DNA of 64,000 nucleotides. Source: an uncultured Chloroflexia bacterium (GTDB lineage Bacteria; Chloroflexota; Limnocylindria; Limnocylindrales; CSP1-4). The position numbers and the translations under genes are program-made. The stretch is from the NCBI GenBank assembly GCA_963814125.1, contig CAWFBR010000001.1, positions 218,340-282,339 on the forward strand, in the 5' to 3' direction. The notes beneath the pieces are model-generated. The model was not told the DNA's origin. It ran no database searches and saw only the letters and a program-made list of their open reading frames with translations. Below are positions 1-10,482 of the stretch, one piece after another. Numbering within the stretch: the stretch's first letter is position 1; each line of letters starts with the position of its first letter.

Positions 1-1241
1 AGCCGATGGCGCGACCAACTGCCTGCAGAACCCTGTCCCCGGCCGGGTGGCCGTGCCGATCGTTGTAGTCCTTGAAGGCGTCCAGATCGACCATGACCAG
101 CGCAAAGGGCTGTGCTGCCGGAACCGCCACCAGTGCGGCGAGGCGTTCGTCGAAGGCGCCGCGGTTTCGCAAGCCGGTGAGCGAGTCGGTCTCCGCGCGG
201 TTGCGCACCGCACGATGGGTCTCGGCGTTCTGTATGGCAATGGATGCCTGGCTGGCGAAGAGCCGCGCCAGTTCAAACTCCTCGGGGCTGAAGTGCGACT
301 CGATACCGCCCATCCTACCGACGTTGAGCGTGCCCGCGATGTCGCCGCGAACCCGGAGCGGGACGACGATGAGAGACTCCGGCTCGTCTGGGGTACCGGG
401 AATCGTCGCGGCGCGCTGGTCAAGATGGATGTCGTTCACGCACTGAGCCTCACCGTGGGCGATAGCCCACCCGGTGACCCCGGTGTTCAAGGGGAACGTC
501 GTGCTCAGGATTAGCCTGGCGAAGCGGTCACGCGCTACCACGGGCCTCACCACGCCTGCGCGGCGATCCACCCGGTAGATCGTGAGGTTGTCGTAGGGAA
601 GCACCGGCCTGAGCGAGTCGGCGATGAGACCGAGCACGCCATCCGGATCGAGAGTCGAGAGCAGCAGCTCGTTGATCTCCAGGAGCTTGCGCTGACTTGC
701 CAGCGCAAGCTGCGCACGTGCCGTCGCCGACCACCAGCGATCGGCCGCCCACCACACCAGGCCGTACACGAACGCCAGCATCGCGCCCGACTCGATGAGG
801 GGCTGCGGCCAATTCTCGACTCCGACGATGGTCTTGATACCACCGAACGAGTACGCGGCCGCCTCGCCCGCGAGGCTGGCTACGAAGGCGAGGATGAACA
901 CGGCGGCGAGCTGCGGGCCACGCTGCTTCGGCAGGGTCAGCACCGCACCGGCCAGGGGCAGAATCGCGGCCGCGTCCAGGCCGTCGGGGAGCAAGGCGCC
1001 GGCTGCCACTCCCAGAATCATCAGGGCTCCGCCCGCGATGTCGAGGCCGTAACCCCATGTATCTCGACGGAGGAGAACTACTGCGGCTACCAGCGTCGCG
1101 CCACATCCGGCTGTTACCGCGAGGCGGCCGGGCGTCTGGGCACCGGGCGCGGCGGCCAACTCTCCGAGCAACAGGAGTAACGTGGCCAGAGCGGAAGCGG
1201 CGGCCAGGGCAGTGAGCAGGCGGGCGTGGCTCGAGGTCACC
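1..1241 (-). CDS. Partial sensor diguanylate cyclase (N-terminal membrane region + GAF domain + start of GGDEF domain). The C-terminus runs off the window start.
   Basis: Manual translation of the minus strand gives an uninterrupted frame from about 1241 to position 1. It has hydrophobic N-terminal helices, a GAF-like middle, and GGDEF-domain hallmarks (RAETDSLTGLRNRGAFDERL ... VMVDLDAFKDYNDRHGHPAGDRVLQAVGRAIG). It is missing from the ORF track because it has no in-window stop. A GTG start is assumed. Confidence 0.6.
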
Positions 1242-1392
1242 CCAGACCATGCCCGTTCACGCGTTTCCCGACGTCCGGGTTATGCAGGGCGTGCGCATGG
1301 AACCCATCTCGTCCACTTGAGAGGCTACCGGCCTCCAGGGCAACTAGCCTATAAGTCCCATAGTGCCCAGGACCACCCATGTACAAGACCTC

Positions 1393-2361
1393 TCAGCCGG
1401 CGGAAGCCCTCGCAAGCCGGGACGCCGCCAGGGTCACCCGGTGCGTCAGAAGGGCATCTTCGTATGGGGACCGAATCCTGTTCGGCTTGCCCTGGACCGC
1501 ATCGATGAACGCCCGATCCTGAGCCTCGTATGGGGTGTCGAACGTAGAAGGCGGCTTATGGCTGGCCGTCTGCGAGCCCTGCTGGACGACGAGCCGGTGA
1601 TCCAGCACCTCCAACCTCATGCGCAGCCCGTCGGACACCGTCTCGAGGTCGACTTTGTGCGGGCCGTCCAGGAGACACGTGGTCTCGATCGATCCGATGG
1701 CACCGGAGGCGAAGCGCAGGGATGTTTGCGTGACATCGAGGATATCGCTGTCCGGGTACGACGGCCGAACGACTCGACGCCCGGCGGCGGAGATCGGCTC
1801 CATCTCGCCGGCCAGATAGCGCGCCAGATCGAAGATGTGGGTGGCCTGCTCCACTATCTGGCCGCCCGACAGGTTATTGCGCGTCCACCAATTCACCCCG
1901 GGCGTGTCGCCAAGCCAGGCGCCCGTGATCATCTGCGGCGGGCTACTTCCCAGGAGTTCGCGGGCTCGATCGACAACCTCGAGGTACCGCCACTGGTACC
2001 CGACGCAGGAGACGATCCCGGCCTGGCGGATCCGCTCGGAGACCAGCTCCGGCACATCCTCGTCGAGTCCAAGGGGCTTTTCGACGAAGAGGCCGATGCC
2101 GCGGTCGGCGGCCGCCAGCTCGGGTTCGCCATGCCCGTCCGGCGTCACGCACATGAAGACCGCATCGAGGCTTGCTCTGTCGAACATGGATCGGTAGTCC
2201 GAATATGGACGGCCGCCGACCGACTCGGCCAGCCGGCCTGCCGACTCCGGACTACGTGACGTAACGCCAACCACCTGGACGTCGTCGAAGGCCGCCAACG
2301 CGCGCAAGTGAACTCGGGCGATCGTCCCGGCCCCAATGAACCCGACCCGTGTAGCGGTCAC
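1393..2361 (-). CDS. Gfo/Idh/MocA family NAD(P)-dependent oxidoreductase
   Basis: N-terminal Rossmann motif (VGFIGAGTIARVHLRAL), EKP motif (LFVEKPL) and overall family-typical length of 322 aa. Confidence 0.85.
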   Translation of the reverse strand: MTATRVGFIGAGTIARVHLRALAAFDDVQVVGVTSRSPESAGRLAESVGGRPYSDYRSMFDRASLDAVFMCVTPDGHGEPELAAADRGIGLFVEKPLGLDEDVPELVSERIRQAGIVSCVGYQWRYLEVVDRARELLGSSPPQMITGAWLGDTPGVNWWTRNNLSGGQIVEQATHIFDLARYLAGEMEPISAAGRRVVRPSYPDSDILDVTQTSLRFASGAIGSIETTCLLDGPHKVDLETVSDGLRMRLEVLDHRLVVQQGSQTASHKPPSTFDTPYEAQDRAFIDAVQGKPNRIRSPYEDALLTHRVTLAASRLARASAG

Positions 2362-2399
2362 TCCGTGCCTCCGTCGCTCCTTGACGGCTCCGGCCGACG

Positions 2400-2651
2400 T
2401 TGCCTGCCACCCAATCGTGCCACGTCTGGGTCCATCCGCTGGCGCCCGAGGGACAAGTTGGCCTCCTGCCGTCAGTGTGTGCGAGACCGTCTATTCACGA
2501 TGGTCCTGCGTCGCGTGTGCTAGAATGTGCCTTCGCCGCGATATGTGGCGATGCTCCGCGTGGTCGACTCCCTTCTGGCGGCGAGCGGGTCGAGTTCGAG
2601 ATCGAAACCAGCCCCAAAGGCCTGCGCGCCACGCAGGTGCACGCAATCTGA
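2400..2651 (+). pseudogene. Degraded cold-shock protein (CspA-family) remnant. Only the C-terminal ~25 codons are well conserved.
   Basis: The C-terminal peptide GERVEFEIETSPKGLRATQVHAI closely matches the CspA family end (…VEFEI..SPKGPQAT.V..L). The upstream part keeps only faint CSP similarity and uses codons that are rare in this genome (cta, ata, tgt, att). Confidence 0.3.
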
Positions 2652-2806
2652 GCACACCGCACGCGGCCGATCCGCCGGATCGGTCTCGTACCTCATTCAG
2701 CGGGTGGGAGGAGCGCTCCTCGGAGCCAGCCCCGTTGAGTGGCCCCCCGCCACCCCCTCAAGGAGCGCCGATCGGGCAGGGTTGCGCGTTCTGATGGAGT
2801 GCGCTT

Positions 2807-4003
2807 ATGGTGGGTTTACTGGAGTCTGGTCCTATGCCGAAAACGGCCTTCGCCTCCACCTATGCACCCCGCCGATGCGGCATTGCCACGTTCACCCACG
2901 ATCTGGCGGCAGCTATCGGTGACCGCGAGATCGTCGCGCTGCACCCGCGCGATGAAACCGGAACGTACCCTGCTGAGGTGCGGCATCGTGTCCGCCGTGA
3001 CGTTCTATCCGACTACTTAATTGCCGCCGGCGACCTCAACGCCGGCAGCGCCCACGTCGTCTCGATCCAGCACGAGTATGGGATCTGGGGCGGGCACGAC
3101 GGCGACTACGTGCTGAACTTCGTTCGTGCGCTGCGCAAACCGGTCGTCACAACTCTTCACACGGTGCTCCGGCATCCGACGCCGCATCAGCGGTTCGTCC
3201 TGGCCAACCTGATCTGCCGGTCCGAAGCCAATGTCGTCATGTCCAGGTCTGCGGCGGATCTCGTGAGCCGGATCTACGACGTCGACCCCAAACGGCTGGA
3301 CGTGATCCCGCATGGCGTACCGGACCTGCCGTTCGTCCACCCCGATTCGGTCAAGCCGCAGCTCGGCATCCAGGGCGGAAGGGTGATCTTGAGCTTCGGC
3401 TTGCTGGGCCCCGGGAAGGGCTTCGAGTCGGTCATCGCGGCAATGCCGGCTGTGCTGGCCGAGATACCGAGAGCCAGATACGTGATCGTCGGTGCGACCC
3501 ATCCTGATCTTGTGTGTTGCGAAGGCGAATCCTATCGAGACGGTCTCCAGAGGCAGGCCGCCGAACTGGGCGTGGTGGACCGAGTCCAGTTCGTGGACCG
3601 TTTCGTCGGCAAGGCCGAACTCGCTGCGTGGCTGACGGCCGCCGACGTGTTCGTGACGCCATACCCCAACCTTGAACAGATCGTCTCCGGCACTCTCGCC
3701 TACGCGATGAGCGCCGGTCGAGCGGTTGTTTCGACGCCCTATGCATACGCCGCCGAACTGCTGGCGCATGGACGCGGGAGGCTCGTTGAGCCCGGCTCGC
3801 CGGACGCGCTCGCCCGAGCCTTCATCGAACTCCTCTCCAACGATGAACAGCGTCTCGCACTTGGGCGGCTGGCCTACATGTACACGCGATCGATGGTCTG
3901 GCCTCAGGTGGGTGCCCAGTACCGGCGTCTGTTCGAACGCGTCGCCACCAAGGCGGTTGCGGCGGTTGACAACGTCGGCGCCGTCGGCGCTTTCCGTGTC
4001 TGA
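2807..4003 (+). CDS. Glycosyltransferase family 4 (GT4, GT-B fold)
   Basis: 398 aa with GT4-typical C-terminal half (…VFVTPYPNLEQIVSGTLAYAMSAGRAVVST…). An alternative start is the ATG at 2834 (MPKTAFAS…). Confidence 0.8.
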   Translation: MVGLLESGPMPKTAFASTYAPRRCGIATFTHDLAAAIGDREIVALHPRDETGTYPAEVRHRVRRDVLSDYLIAAGDLNAGSAHVVSIQHEYGIWGGHDGDYVLNFVRALRKPVVTTLHTVLRHPTPHQRFVLANLICRSEANVVMSRSAADLVSRIYDVDPKRLDVIPHGVPDLPFVHPDSVKPQLGIQGGRVILSFGLLGPGKGFESVIAAMPAVLAEIPRARYVIVGATHPDLVCCEGESYRDGLQRQAAELGVVDRVQFVDRFVGKAELAAWLTAADVFVTPYPNLEQIVSGTLAYAMSAGRAVVSTPYAYAAELLAHGRGRLVEPGSPDALARAFIELLSNDEQRLALGRLAYMYTRSMVWPQVGAQYRRLFERVATKAVAAVDNVGAVGAFRV

Positions 4004-5114
4004 GGGGTCGATCCAGCCGGCACCGCTGTACCCGGCCAGCCGGCATTACCTGGACGTGTTGAGCACCGAGCTCGGAGTCTGGCAGCACGCGTCGAAGGAG
4101 TGCCCGGATCCGGCATTCGGCTTCTGTACGGACGATGTCTCGCGTGCACTCAACGTGGACCTGCTGCAGTCGCGAGAGCTGGGCTGGGAGGCTGTCTCGG
4201 CGAGCGCCAGGCGCCACCTGACCTTCATCGAGCAGGCGGCGAACGAGCCCGGACGGCGCTTCCGAAACTTCCGTGCCGCGGACGGCACCTGGCTGGAAGA
4301 CGAGGGATCGGAGGACTGCCACGGGCGTGCACTGTTGAGCCTCGCCCACGCGATGAACGACGCCCTGGATCCGTCGATTCGCGAAGCCGCTCAACGACTC
4401 TTCGAGCAAGCGCTGCCCGCCGCCGGGTCGCTGCGCGCCCTCCGGGCGACCGCCTCTTCCGTGCTGGCATGCGACCGCGCGATCGGCGCCGGCGTGGGAC
4501 CCGACTCGGAGGCGACCTTCGACCGTCTCGCGGAGCAACTCGCCCAAGCCTTCCGGCATAATCCACTGGGGCCGGATTGGCGCTGGCCGGAACCCATTTT
4601 GACCTACGAGAACGCCCTGCTACCACGGGCTCTGATAGTCGCCGGACGGCGCCTCGGAGACCCGTCGATGGTCCTGAGAGGTTGCCTGGTGCTGGACTGG
4701 TTGATAGAAGTGCAGACGAGTCCGAGCGGCACGTTCTCGCCGGTAGGAAACCGTGGATGGTGGCGCAGAGGGGGCGCGAAGAGCCAGTTCGACCAGCAGC
4801 CGATCGAGGCGATGGCCCTGGTTCTGGCGGCTGAGACCGCCATGGCGGCCAGCGGCGACGAGCGTTATCGACGCGCTGCCGAAATGGCCTACGCCTGGTT
4901 CCTGGGCGCGAACGACGGCGGCGTGGCCGTCGCGACGCCTCTCGCCGGAGCCTGTCACGACGGACTGACTCCCGGGGGCCTCAACGACAACCAGGGAGCA
5001 GAGTCGACCCTGGCGTGGCTGACCGCGCTCGAGCATATGCGCGTCCTGCGGGAAACGGAGAAGGGTGTGGCTGTCGGCTCGGAGGAAGGTTCGTCCAGGG
5101 TGTCGCACTCATGA
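3997..5114 (+). CDS. Hypothetical protein, possibly an (alpha/alpha)6-barrel glycoside hydrolase or epimerase-like protein
   Basis: Long ORF in the 3726 frame with good codon usage only downstream of the GT4 stop. A GTG at 3997 overlaps the GT4 stop, and its stop overlaps the GH130 start (ATGA at 5111–5114). The function call is weak. Confidence 0.45.
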
Positions 5115-6088
5115 TTCCGTCGGACGGCGAGCGGCTCTTCCTGCGCGCTCCAGGCAATCCGATCATTCGTGCCACGGATCTGCCGTATCCAGCCAACGCC
5201 GTCTTCAATCCCGGAGCGGCTCGGGTCGATGGCGAGACAGTCCTGCTGCTGCGGGTCGAGGATCTGCGTGGCATTTCGCTTCTCCAGGTGGCGAGGAGCC
5301 GCGACGGCGTGACGGACTGGCATTTCGACGAGCAGCCCTTGCTCCAGCCGATCACGACACATCCGGAGGAAATCTGGGGCTGTGAGGACCCCCGACTGGT
5401 CTGGCTGCCCGAGCGCGACGAGTGGTCGATCGCCTACACCGCGTACAGCGATCGCGGTCCGCTGGTGTCGTTGGCCATGACGCGCGACTTCCGCGAGGTC
5501 CAGCGGTTGGGCCCGGTCATGCCGCCCGAGGACAAGGACGCAGCCCTCTTCCCGCAGCGCTTCAACGGCCGCTGGGCCATGATCCACCGCCCCGCGCCCC
5601 TCCGGGGCGGAGCTCACATCTGGATCTCATGGTCGCCGGACCTGCGGCACTGGGGCGATCACACGCTGCTGGTCGAGGCTCGCATGGGCGCCTGGTGGGA
5701 TGCCGAGAAGATCGGCCTGGGACCACCGCCGCTCGCCACCCCAGAGGGATGGCTGGTCATGTACCACGGCGCCCACATCACGGCAGCGGGCCCGATCTAT
5801 CGCGCGGGCCTCGTGCTGCTGGATCTGGAGCGGCCGGACGTGGTGCTGCGCCGGAGCGACAACTGGGTCCTGGGTCCCCAAGCCGACTACGAGAGAGTCG
5901 GCGACGTCAACAAGGTCGTCTTCCCGAATGGATGGGTCCTGGACGACGAGACCGGCATCCTCTCTCTCTATTACGGCGCGGGCGACTCGGTCGTGGCGCT
6001 CGCCACCGCCCGCCTCTCGGAAGTGCTCGATCACGTGCGCCGCATGCCTCAGCCGCAGCATCGCCGCAACTCCGACTCCGCCTCGTAG
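5111..6088 (+). CDS. GH130-family glycosidase / glycoside phosphorylase (DUF377, PH1107-related)
   Basis: MIPSDGERLFLRAPGNPIIRATDLPYPANAVFNPGAARVDGETVLLLRVED is typical of the GH130 N-terminus. Length about 325 aa. Confidence 0.75.
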   Translation: MIPSDGERLFLRAPGNPIIRATDLPYPANAVFNPGAARVDGETVLLLRVEDLRGISLLQVARSRDGVTDWHFDEQPLLQPITTHPEEIWGCEDPRLVWLPERDEWSIAYTAYSDRGPLVSLAMTRDFREVQRLGPVMPPEDKDAALFPQRFNGRWAMIHRPAPLRGGAHIWISWSPDLRHWGDHTLLVEARMGAWWDAEKIGLGPPPLATPEGWLVMYHGAHITAAGPIYRAGLVLLDLERPDVVLRRSDNWVLGPQADYERVGDVNKVVFPNGWVLDDETGILSLYYGAGDSVVALATARLSEVLDHVRRMPQPQHRRNSDSAS

Positions 6089-6110
6089 CGGAGCCTCGGC
6101 CGCGAGCGGC

Positions 6111-7315
6111 CTACCGGGCCACGCTCTCCTTCGTGCGCAGTTTGGCCGCTTCCTCGTCGTATATCGTCTCGATCGCGTTGACCATAAGCTCGATGCAGAA
6201 GCGGTCATGGACCAGGTCGTGGCCGCGGCGGGCGATCGTGTCCGCGTACGGGTGGTCCATGAGCAACTCGATGATCGCGGCCGCCAGGGCGTCGCAGTCA
6301 TTCGGCGGCACCAGCAGTCCGGTCACGCCGTCCTCGATCATCTCCGGGATCCCGCCCACGTTCGAGGCGACGACTGGCCGGCTGAGAGCCATCGCCTCCA
6401 GCACACTGAGACCCTGGGCCTCGCGGTAGGACGGCAGAACGGCCACGTCCAGGGCGGCGGTGACCGCCGGCACGTCTTCGCGGCGTCCTGTGAAGACGAC
6501 CCGCTCGCTCACACCCAGGGATGCAGCCTCGGCTTCCAGGGAGTCGCGCTCCGAACCTTCGCCGACGACGAGGAGCCAGGCGTTGGGAACGGCGGTCAGG
6601 ACTTCCGGCCAGGCGTCGATCAGGGTCCGGTGGCCCTTCTCAGCCTCCAGCCGGGCCACCACACCGACGATCGGCGAGTCCTCGGGGATGTTGTAATCGT
6701 CGTGCAAGGTGCAGCACGGTTGCTGGTGGTTGTAGCGCTGCAGGTCGACGCCGTTGTAGATCAGGCTGACGGGAACGTCCAGACGGCCCTCGTCAATTAC
6801 CTTCCGCTCGATGGCCCGCGAGACCACGATGAGCCGGTCCATCAGCGGCGTGAGCTGACGGAGCGTCTGCCGATCCTCGACGCACCGAACCCGGCTCGAA
6901 TGCACGGTCGAGATGATGGCGGGGCGCTTGCAGCCCTTCTCGCCAAGCAGCAGGGCGGCGCGTGTGCCGATCACCTCGGCCCGGTACATGTGGTTGTGGA
7001 TGATCTCGGGCGCGAACGAGGCCATCGAGTCGGCCAGCTCCCGAACCGCCTGCCGGTCGTCCGGCTCGTCGATGACCGTCACGTCGATGCCGACCCGCTG
7101 GAGCCGCCGGACGCTGCTGCCGTGCGACAGCGATACGACCCGGATGTCGTAGCACTCCGGGTTGAGACGGGTCACGAGCGAGTGGACATGCTCCTGCGCG
7201 CCGCCGTTGGTGCCGGTCGCCATGACTTCCAGAACCCTGACGCGACCGCCGTCGAGCGGCAAGCGATCGACATTGTCGAGGCAGGGCTCCAGGATCTCGT
7301 GTTCGGCGCCCATCG
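6111..7315 (-). CDS. Glycosyltransferase family 4
   Basis: GT4 motifs (…EAQGLSVLEAMALSRPVVASNVGGIPEMIEDGVTGLLV…). The start was chosen at MGAEHEIL, which directly abuts the upstream gene's stop at 7316. Confidence 0.8.
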
Positions 7316-8518
7316 CTATCGACCCTCCGCTGGGGCCGTGCGCTGGACGAGCAGGCGTTCGATCGGTTCGTCGACCGCCCCCCATTCGTATTTGTAGGGC
7401 TCGTTGCCGCGCATGAAATCGATGCGCGACCGGCCTTGCTCGATGGCTCGTTGGATGTAGCGGGCGACCATGACCACTCCGGGAGATAGCTCTCTGGCGT
7501 CCGGCTCCACGCCGGCGTTGTAGTAGTAGACGGCGGTGCCGTCGTCGAACGTGACCCCAGCCGAAATCCTGCGGCCGGAAACTGAAAGGAAGCTGAGATC
7601 GACCAGGCCGGAGGGCGCGCAATTCTCGAACAGCCTGGCGAAGAACACCCGACTGGCGGCGCCGCCCTCCGTATCAGGGAAGAGACCCTCCGAGCCCCAG
7701 CGTTTCTGGTGCAGCTCCACGAAAGCGTCGAGATCGCCGAGTGGATCGGCCGAGCGCTCGAGCCGGACTTCGCCGGCCGCCTCGGCGCGGCGGATCTTGC
7801 GTCGTATCTCGTGCCGCTCCTTCTTGTCCAGCGTTCCGAGGTAGTCCTCGAACGAACTCCCCGACGGCAGCGTGAGAACGGGACAGACGTCCTCTTGCTC
7901 CCGAGTTACGTACCAGCAGGCCCTGGGCGCAACCCACTCGAACGACGCCGCCAGGGCGTCCCCTGCCGGGTCGCCGGAGCGAAGGCGTCGCAGGTCGATC
8001 ACGTCCCAGCGCGACGGCTCCTCCGCGGCGAGCGCCTCGACCACGGCGTCGCAGACCGCCGCGAGATCGGCCGGCGCCGCCAGGACCGTCGCGTAGTCGG
8101 CGTGGTACGAAGCCCCGAAGAAGACGGCGGTCGCCGAAGCGGGCACGGGTGGGAGGCCCGGGCCGGCCTGATGGCGGATGGTTGTTCGCGCCGCCACGTC
8201 CCCCGGCTCCAGCTCGTGGCGATGCATCAAAGGAACGATGCCGGCGATCGCGTCCGGAGCGTCCTCGTCCACCACGACGAGAGTCTGGTCGTGGGCGGTG
8301 GCTCCGTATGCGTCCCACCATGCCCGCTGCACGCAGTGGCGCGAGAATGGCGTGGCATCGGGCACCCGATCGACGAGCGAGTCCCAGGTCTGCGCCGGGA
8401 TGGAATCGAAGGCTCGGCGGACGGCGACGAGGCGGCGCGGCGCGGCGCGTCTTCCTTCTGCCGTCCCGGCAGCCGCCAATCCGACGCCGCTGGATCGTGG
8501 GTTCATCTCTGCCATCCG
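7316..8518 (-). CDS. FemAB/CelD-like GNAT-superfamily acyltransferase (Acetyltransf_6-like)
   Basis: C-terminal region …FVELHQKRWGSEGLF…LSFLSVSGRRISAGVTFDDGTAVYYYNAGVEPDARELSPG… resembles the BioF2/CelD/FemAB-like acyltransferase family. The start is assumed at the internal MAEMNP. Confidence 0.55.
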   Translation of the reverse strand, partial: RMAEMNPRSSGVGLAAAGTAEGRRAAPRRLVAVRRAFDSIPAQTWDSLVDRVPDATPFSRHCVQRAWWDAYGATAHDQTLVVVDEDAPDAIAGIVPLMHRHELEPGDVAARTTIRHQAGPGLPPVPASATAVFFGASYHADYATVLAAPADLAAVCDAVVEALAAEEPSRWDVIDLRRLRSGDPAGDALAASFEWVAPRACWYVTREQEDVCPVLTLPSGSSFEDYLGTLDKKERHEIRRKIRRAEAAGEVRLERSADPLGDLDAFVELHQKRWGSEGLFPDTEGGAASRVFFARLFENCAPSGLVDLSFLSVSGRRISAGVTFDDGTAVYYYNAGVEPDARELSPGVVMVARYIQRAIEQGRSRIDFMRGNEPYKYEWGAVDEPIERLLVQRTAPAEGR

Positions 8519-8626
8519 TGCGGACAGGCAGGCCCGCCGTCGCGGAGGGAGAGGCTGGTCACACGCCGAGAATAGCACCGCGGCCGCGGCAGGCCCGCCG
8601 CCCACTCCGCGACCCCGCAGGGTCGT

Positions 8627-8878
8627 TCAGAGGCCGAGGATCCGCTTCGCCTCCTCATACTCGGCGGGAGTGATCTCGCCGCGGGCGAAGCGCTCGCGAA
8701 AAAGCCTGGCCGAGTCATCGCGTCCACCAGTTCGGGCAAGCCGGATTCCGAGCGCGACGATCAACACCCCCATTGCCGCGGGGAGCGTCAAAATCGCCAG
8801 CAACTCGATCCAGCCGACGAGCGGAACCGCGATCACTCCGAAACCCCCTTTCGCCACCGCAACCAGCGTGCTTCCCAT
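8627..8878 (-). CDS. Small membrane-anchored SHOCT-domain protein
   Basis: N-terminal transmembrane helix followed by the C-terminal motif RFARGEITPAEYEEAKRIL (SHOCT). Confidence 0.55.
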   Translation of the reverse strand: MGSTLVAVAKGGFGVIAVPLVGWIELLAILTLPAAMGVLIVALGIRLARTGGRDDSARLFRERFARGEITPAEYEEAKRILGL

Positions 8879-8926
8879 CCAGGTGCCCTGTCAAGACTTG
8901 GCTCCGTTCTTCGACCTCGGGCTACC

Positions 8927-9366
8927 TCAGGGAAGACGCTCGAGCAGCACCACCGGGATCACCCGAGTGGTCCGCTGCTGATACTCCCCGAAGGCCGGGT
9001 ATCTCGCGGCACGCTCCGCGAAGAGGCGGTCGCGTTCGGCGCCGTCTGCCACGACCGCCCGGGCCCGGAATCTCTCGAGGCCAACCTCCGCCGTCACGAT
9101 CGGGTTGGCGATCAGATTCAGGTACCAGGCGGGGTCGGTCGGAGCGCCACCCTTCGAAGCCACGATGACGTAGCGGTCGCCGGCGCGGGAGTAGACGAGC
9201 GGCGTGAGACGCGGCAAACCGGACTTCGCCCCGGTGGTCGTCAGGAGCAGCAGGTCCCGGTCCACGAATGGGCCGCTGGTGACCTTGCCACCGTGGGCTC
9301 GGAAGTCTTCTACCAGGGCCGCGGTCCTCGCGGTGCGTGCGGTTCTCGGGTCTGGACCTGACATCT
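8927..9366 (-). CDS. Deazaflavin (F420)-dependent nitroreductase-family oxidoreductase (DUF385/FDR-A like)
   Basis: …VTSGPFVDRDLLLLTTTGAKSGLPRLTPLVYSRAGDRYVIVASKGGAPTDPAWYLNL… is the family signature. The upstream part of the track ORF was judged spurious. Confidence 0.65.
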
Positions 9367-9519
9367 GTTCCTCGCGTCTGGTCACGCTGGACGTTACCGG
9401 CATGATTGACATGCTAACTACCCGGGACGATCGGTCCCTCGGCCGTGGTCTCCGGTTACGCCCAGCGGTCCGGACTCTGGCCGGACAGCGGACGCACAAC
9501 GCCCGCGAGTCAGCCGGGG

Positions 9520-10389
9520 CTATTTCGGCGGGGCTCCCTCGCGCGGCCCTTTGGATGTCCGTCTCGCCTCGGCCCCGGCCGCTCGACCAGTACTTCCCGA
9601 ATTCCCCGCCTCTGTCGTCGATCGCTTGAGACCCGGGTGCGCGAACCGGATTCGTACGAGGTCCCAGGCAACTCGGAGGGCCAGCGCCGGCCGGGCGTGC
9701 ATGCGCGAGCCGCGCCGGTCCGCCCAGACGACCGCCACGACCGCGATCCGGTAGCCTCGCCGCCGGGCCAGGTAGATCAGGTCCGCGTCGAAGGCGATGC
9801 TGGTGATCCGCAAATGGCTGAAGAGATCCCGGGCTGCGGCTCGCCGGAATCCTTTGAAGCCGCACTGGGTGTCCTTCACCGGACCCGTCACCCAGAGCTG
9901 AGCGGCGAACCGGAAGAGCCGCCCGACAAGGCGCCGGAAACGCGGCTGGCTAACCCGCATGTCCGAGCCGTCGGGCTGGATGCGGCTGCCGAGGGCGACG
10001 TCCGAGGTCTCGAGCGCCTCGACCAGCTTGGCCAGCTGATCGGGTGGCGTAGCCATGTCGGCGTCGGCAAAGACGAGGGCGCCGGCGTCCGCGGCGAGCA
10101 TCCCGGCCCGAACGGCGGAGCCCTTGCCGCCATGCGGGACTGTCAGGAGCGCGAGAGCGGGACAGCCGCGGCGTGACGAGGCCGCCCCTTCGACCGTGAA
10201 CTCTGGTCTGGCCCGCACCAACGCCGCGGTCCCGTCCGTGCTGCCGTCGTCCACGACGAGCACGCTCACCAGGTCGGGCAGGTCCCCGGACGGCGCCGAA
10301 CACAGGTATGCGAACAGCTCATCAAGAGCGGGCCCCAGGCGGGACTCCTCGTTGTACGCGGGAAGAACGATAGCCAGGCTGGAAAACAT
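9520..10389 (-). CDS. GT2 polyprenol-phosphate glycosyltransferase (Ppm1/DPM1/ArnC-like)
   Basis: MFSSLAIVLPAYNEE…VLVVDDGSTDGT…ADADMATPP… is the GT2 DPM-synthase family signature. Confidence 0.8.
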   Translation of the reverse strand: MFSSLAIVLPAYNEESRLGPALDELFAYLCSAPSGDLPDLVSVLVVDDGSTDGTAALVRARPEFTVEGAASSRRGCPALALLTVPHGGKGSAVRAGMLAADAGALVFADADMATPPDQLAKLVEALETSDVALGSRIQPDGSDMRVSQPRFRRLVGRLFRFAAQLWVTGPVKDTQCGFKGFRRAAARDLFSHLRITSIAFDADLIYLARRRGYRIAVVAVVWADRRGSRMHARPALALRVAWDLVRIRFAHPGLKRSTTEAGNSGSTGRAAGAEARRTSKGPREGAPPK

Positions 10390-10482
10390 GATCGGGAGTG
10401 TACGGGCCTGCCCCTCGGTTCGCACCGTCCGCTGCGGCGCTAGGACTGCCCGGTCCGCCGGTCGGCGGCCACGATAGGTCGT

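Noticed and set aside
47-1250. Track ORFs 47–514(+), 72–446(+), 528–1250(−), 547–843(−), 795–1052(+)
   Set aside because: All overlap the manually found uninterrupted GGDEF/GAF frame on the minus strand. Their translations are Arg/Pro/Ala-rich, a high-GC artefact with no domain signatures.
3726-3996. 5' part of track ORF 3726–5114 overlapping the GT4 gene
   Set aside because: Out-of-frame overlap with a well-supported GT4 CDS. The credible start is the GTG at 3997, coupled to the GT4 stop.
8149-8981. Plus-strand ORFs antisense to the GNAT and SHOCT genes
   Set aside because: Low-complexity R/P/A-rich translations lying opposite better-supported genes.
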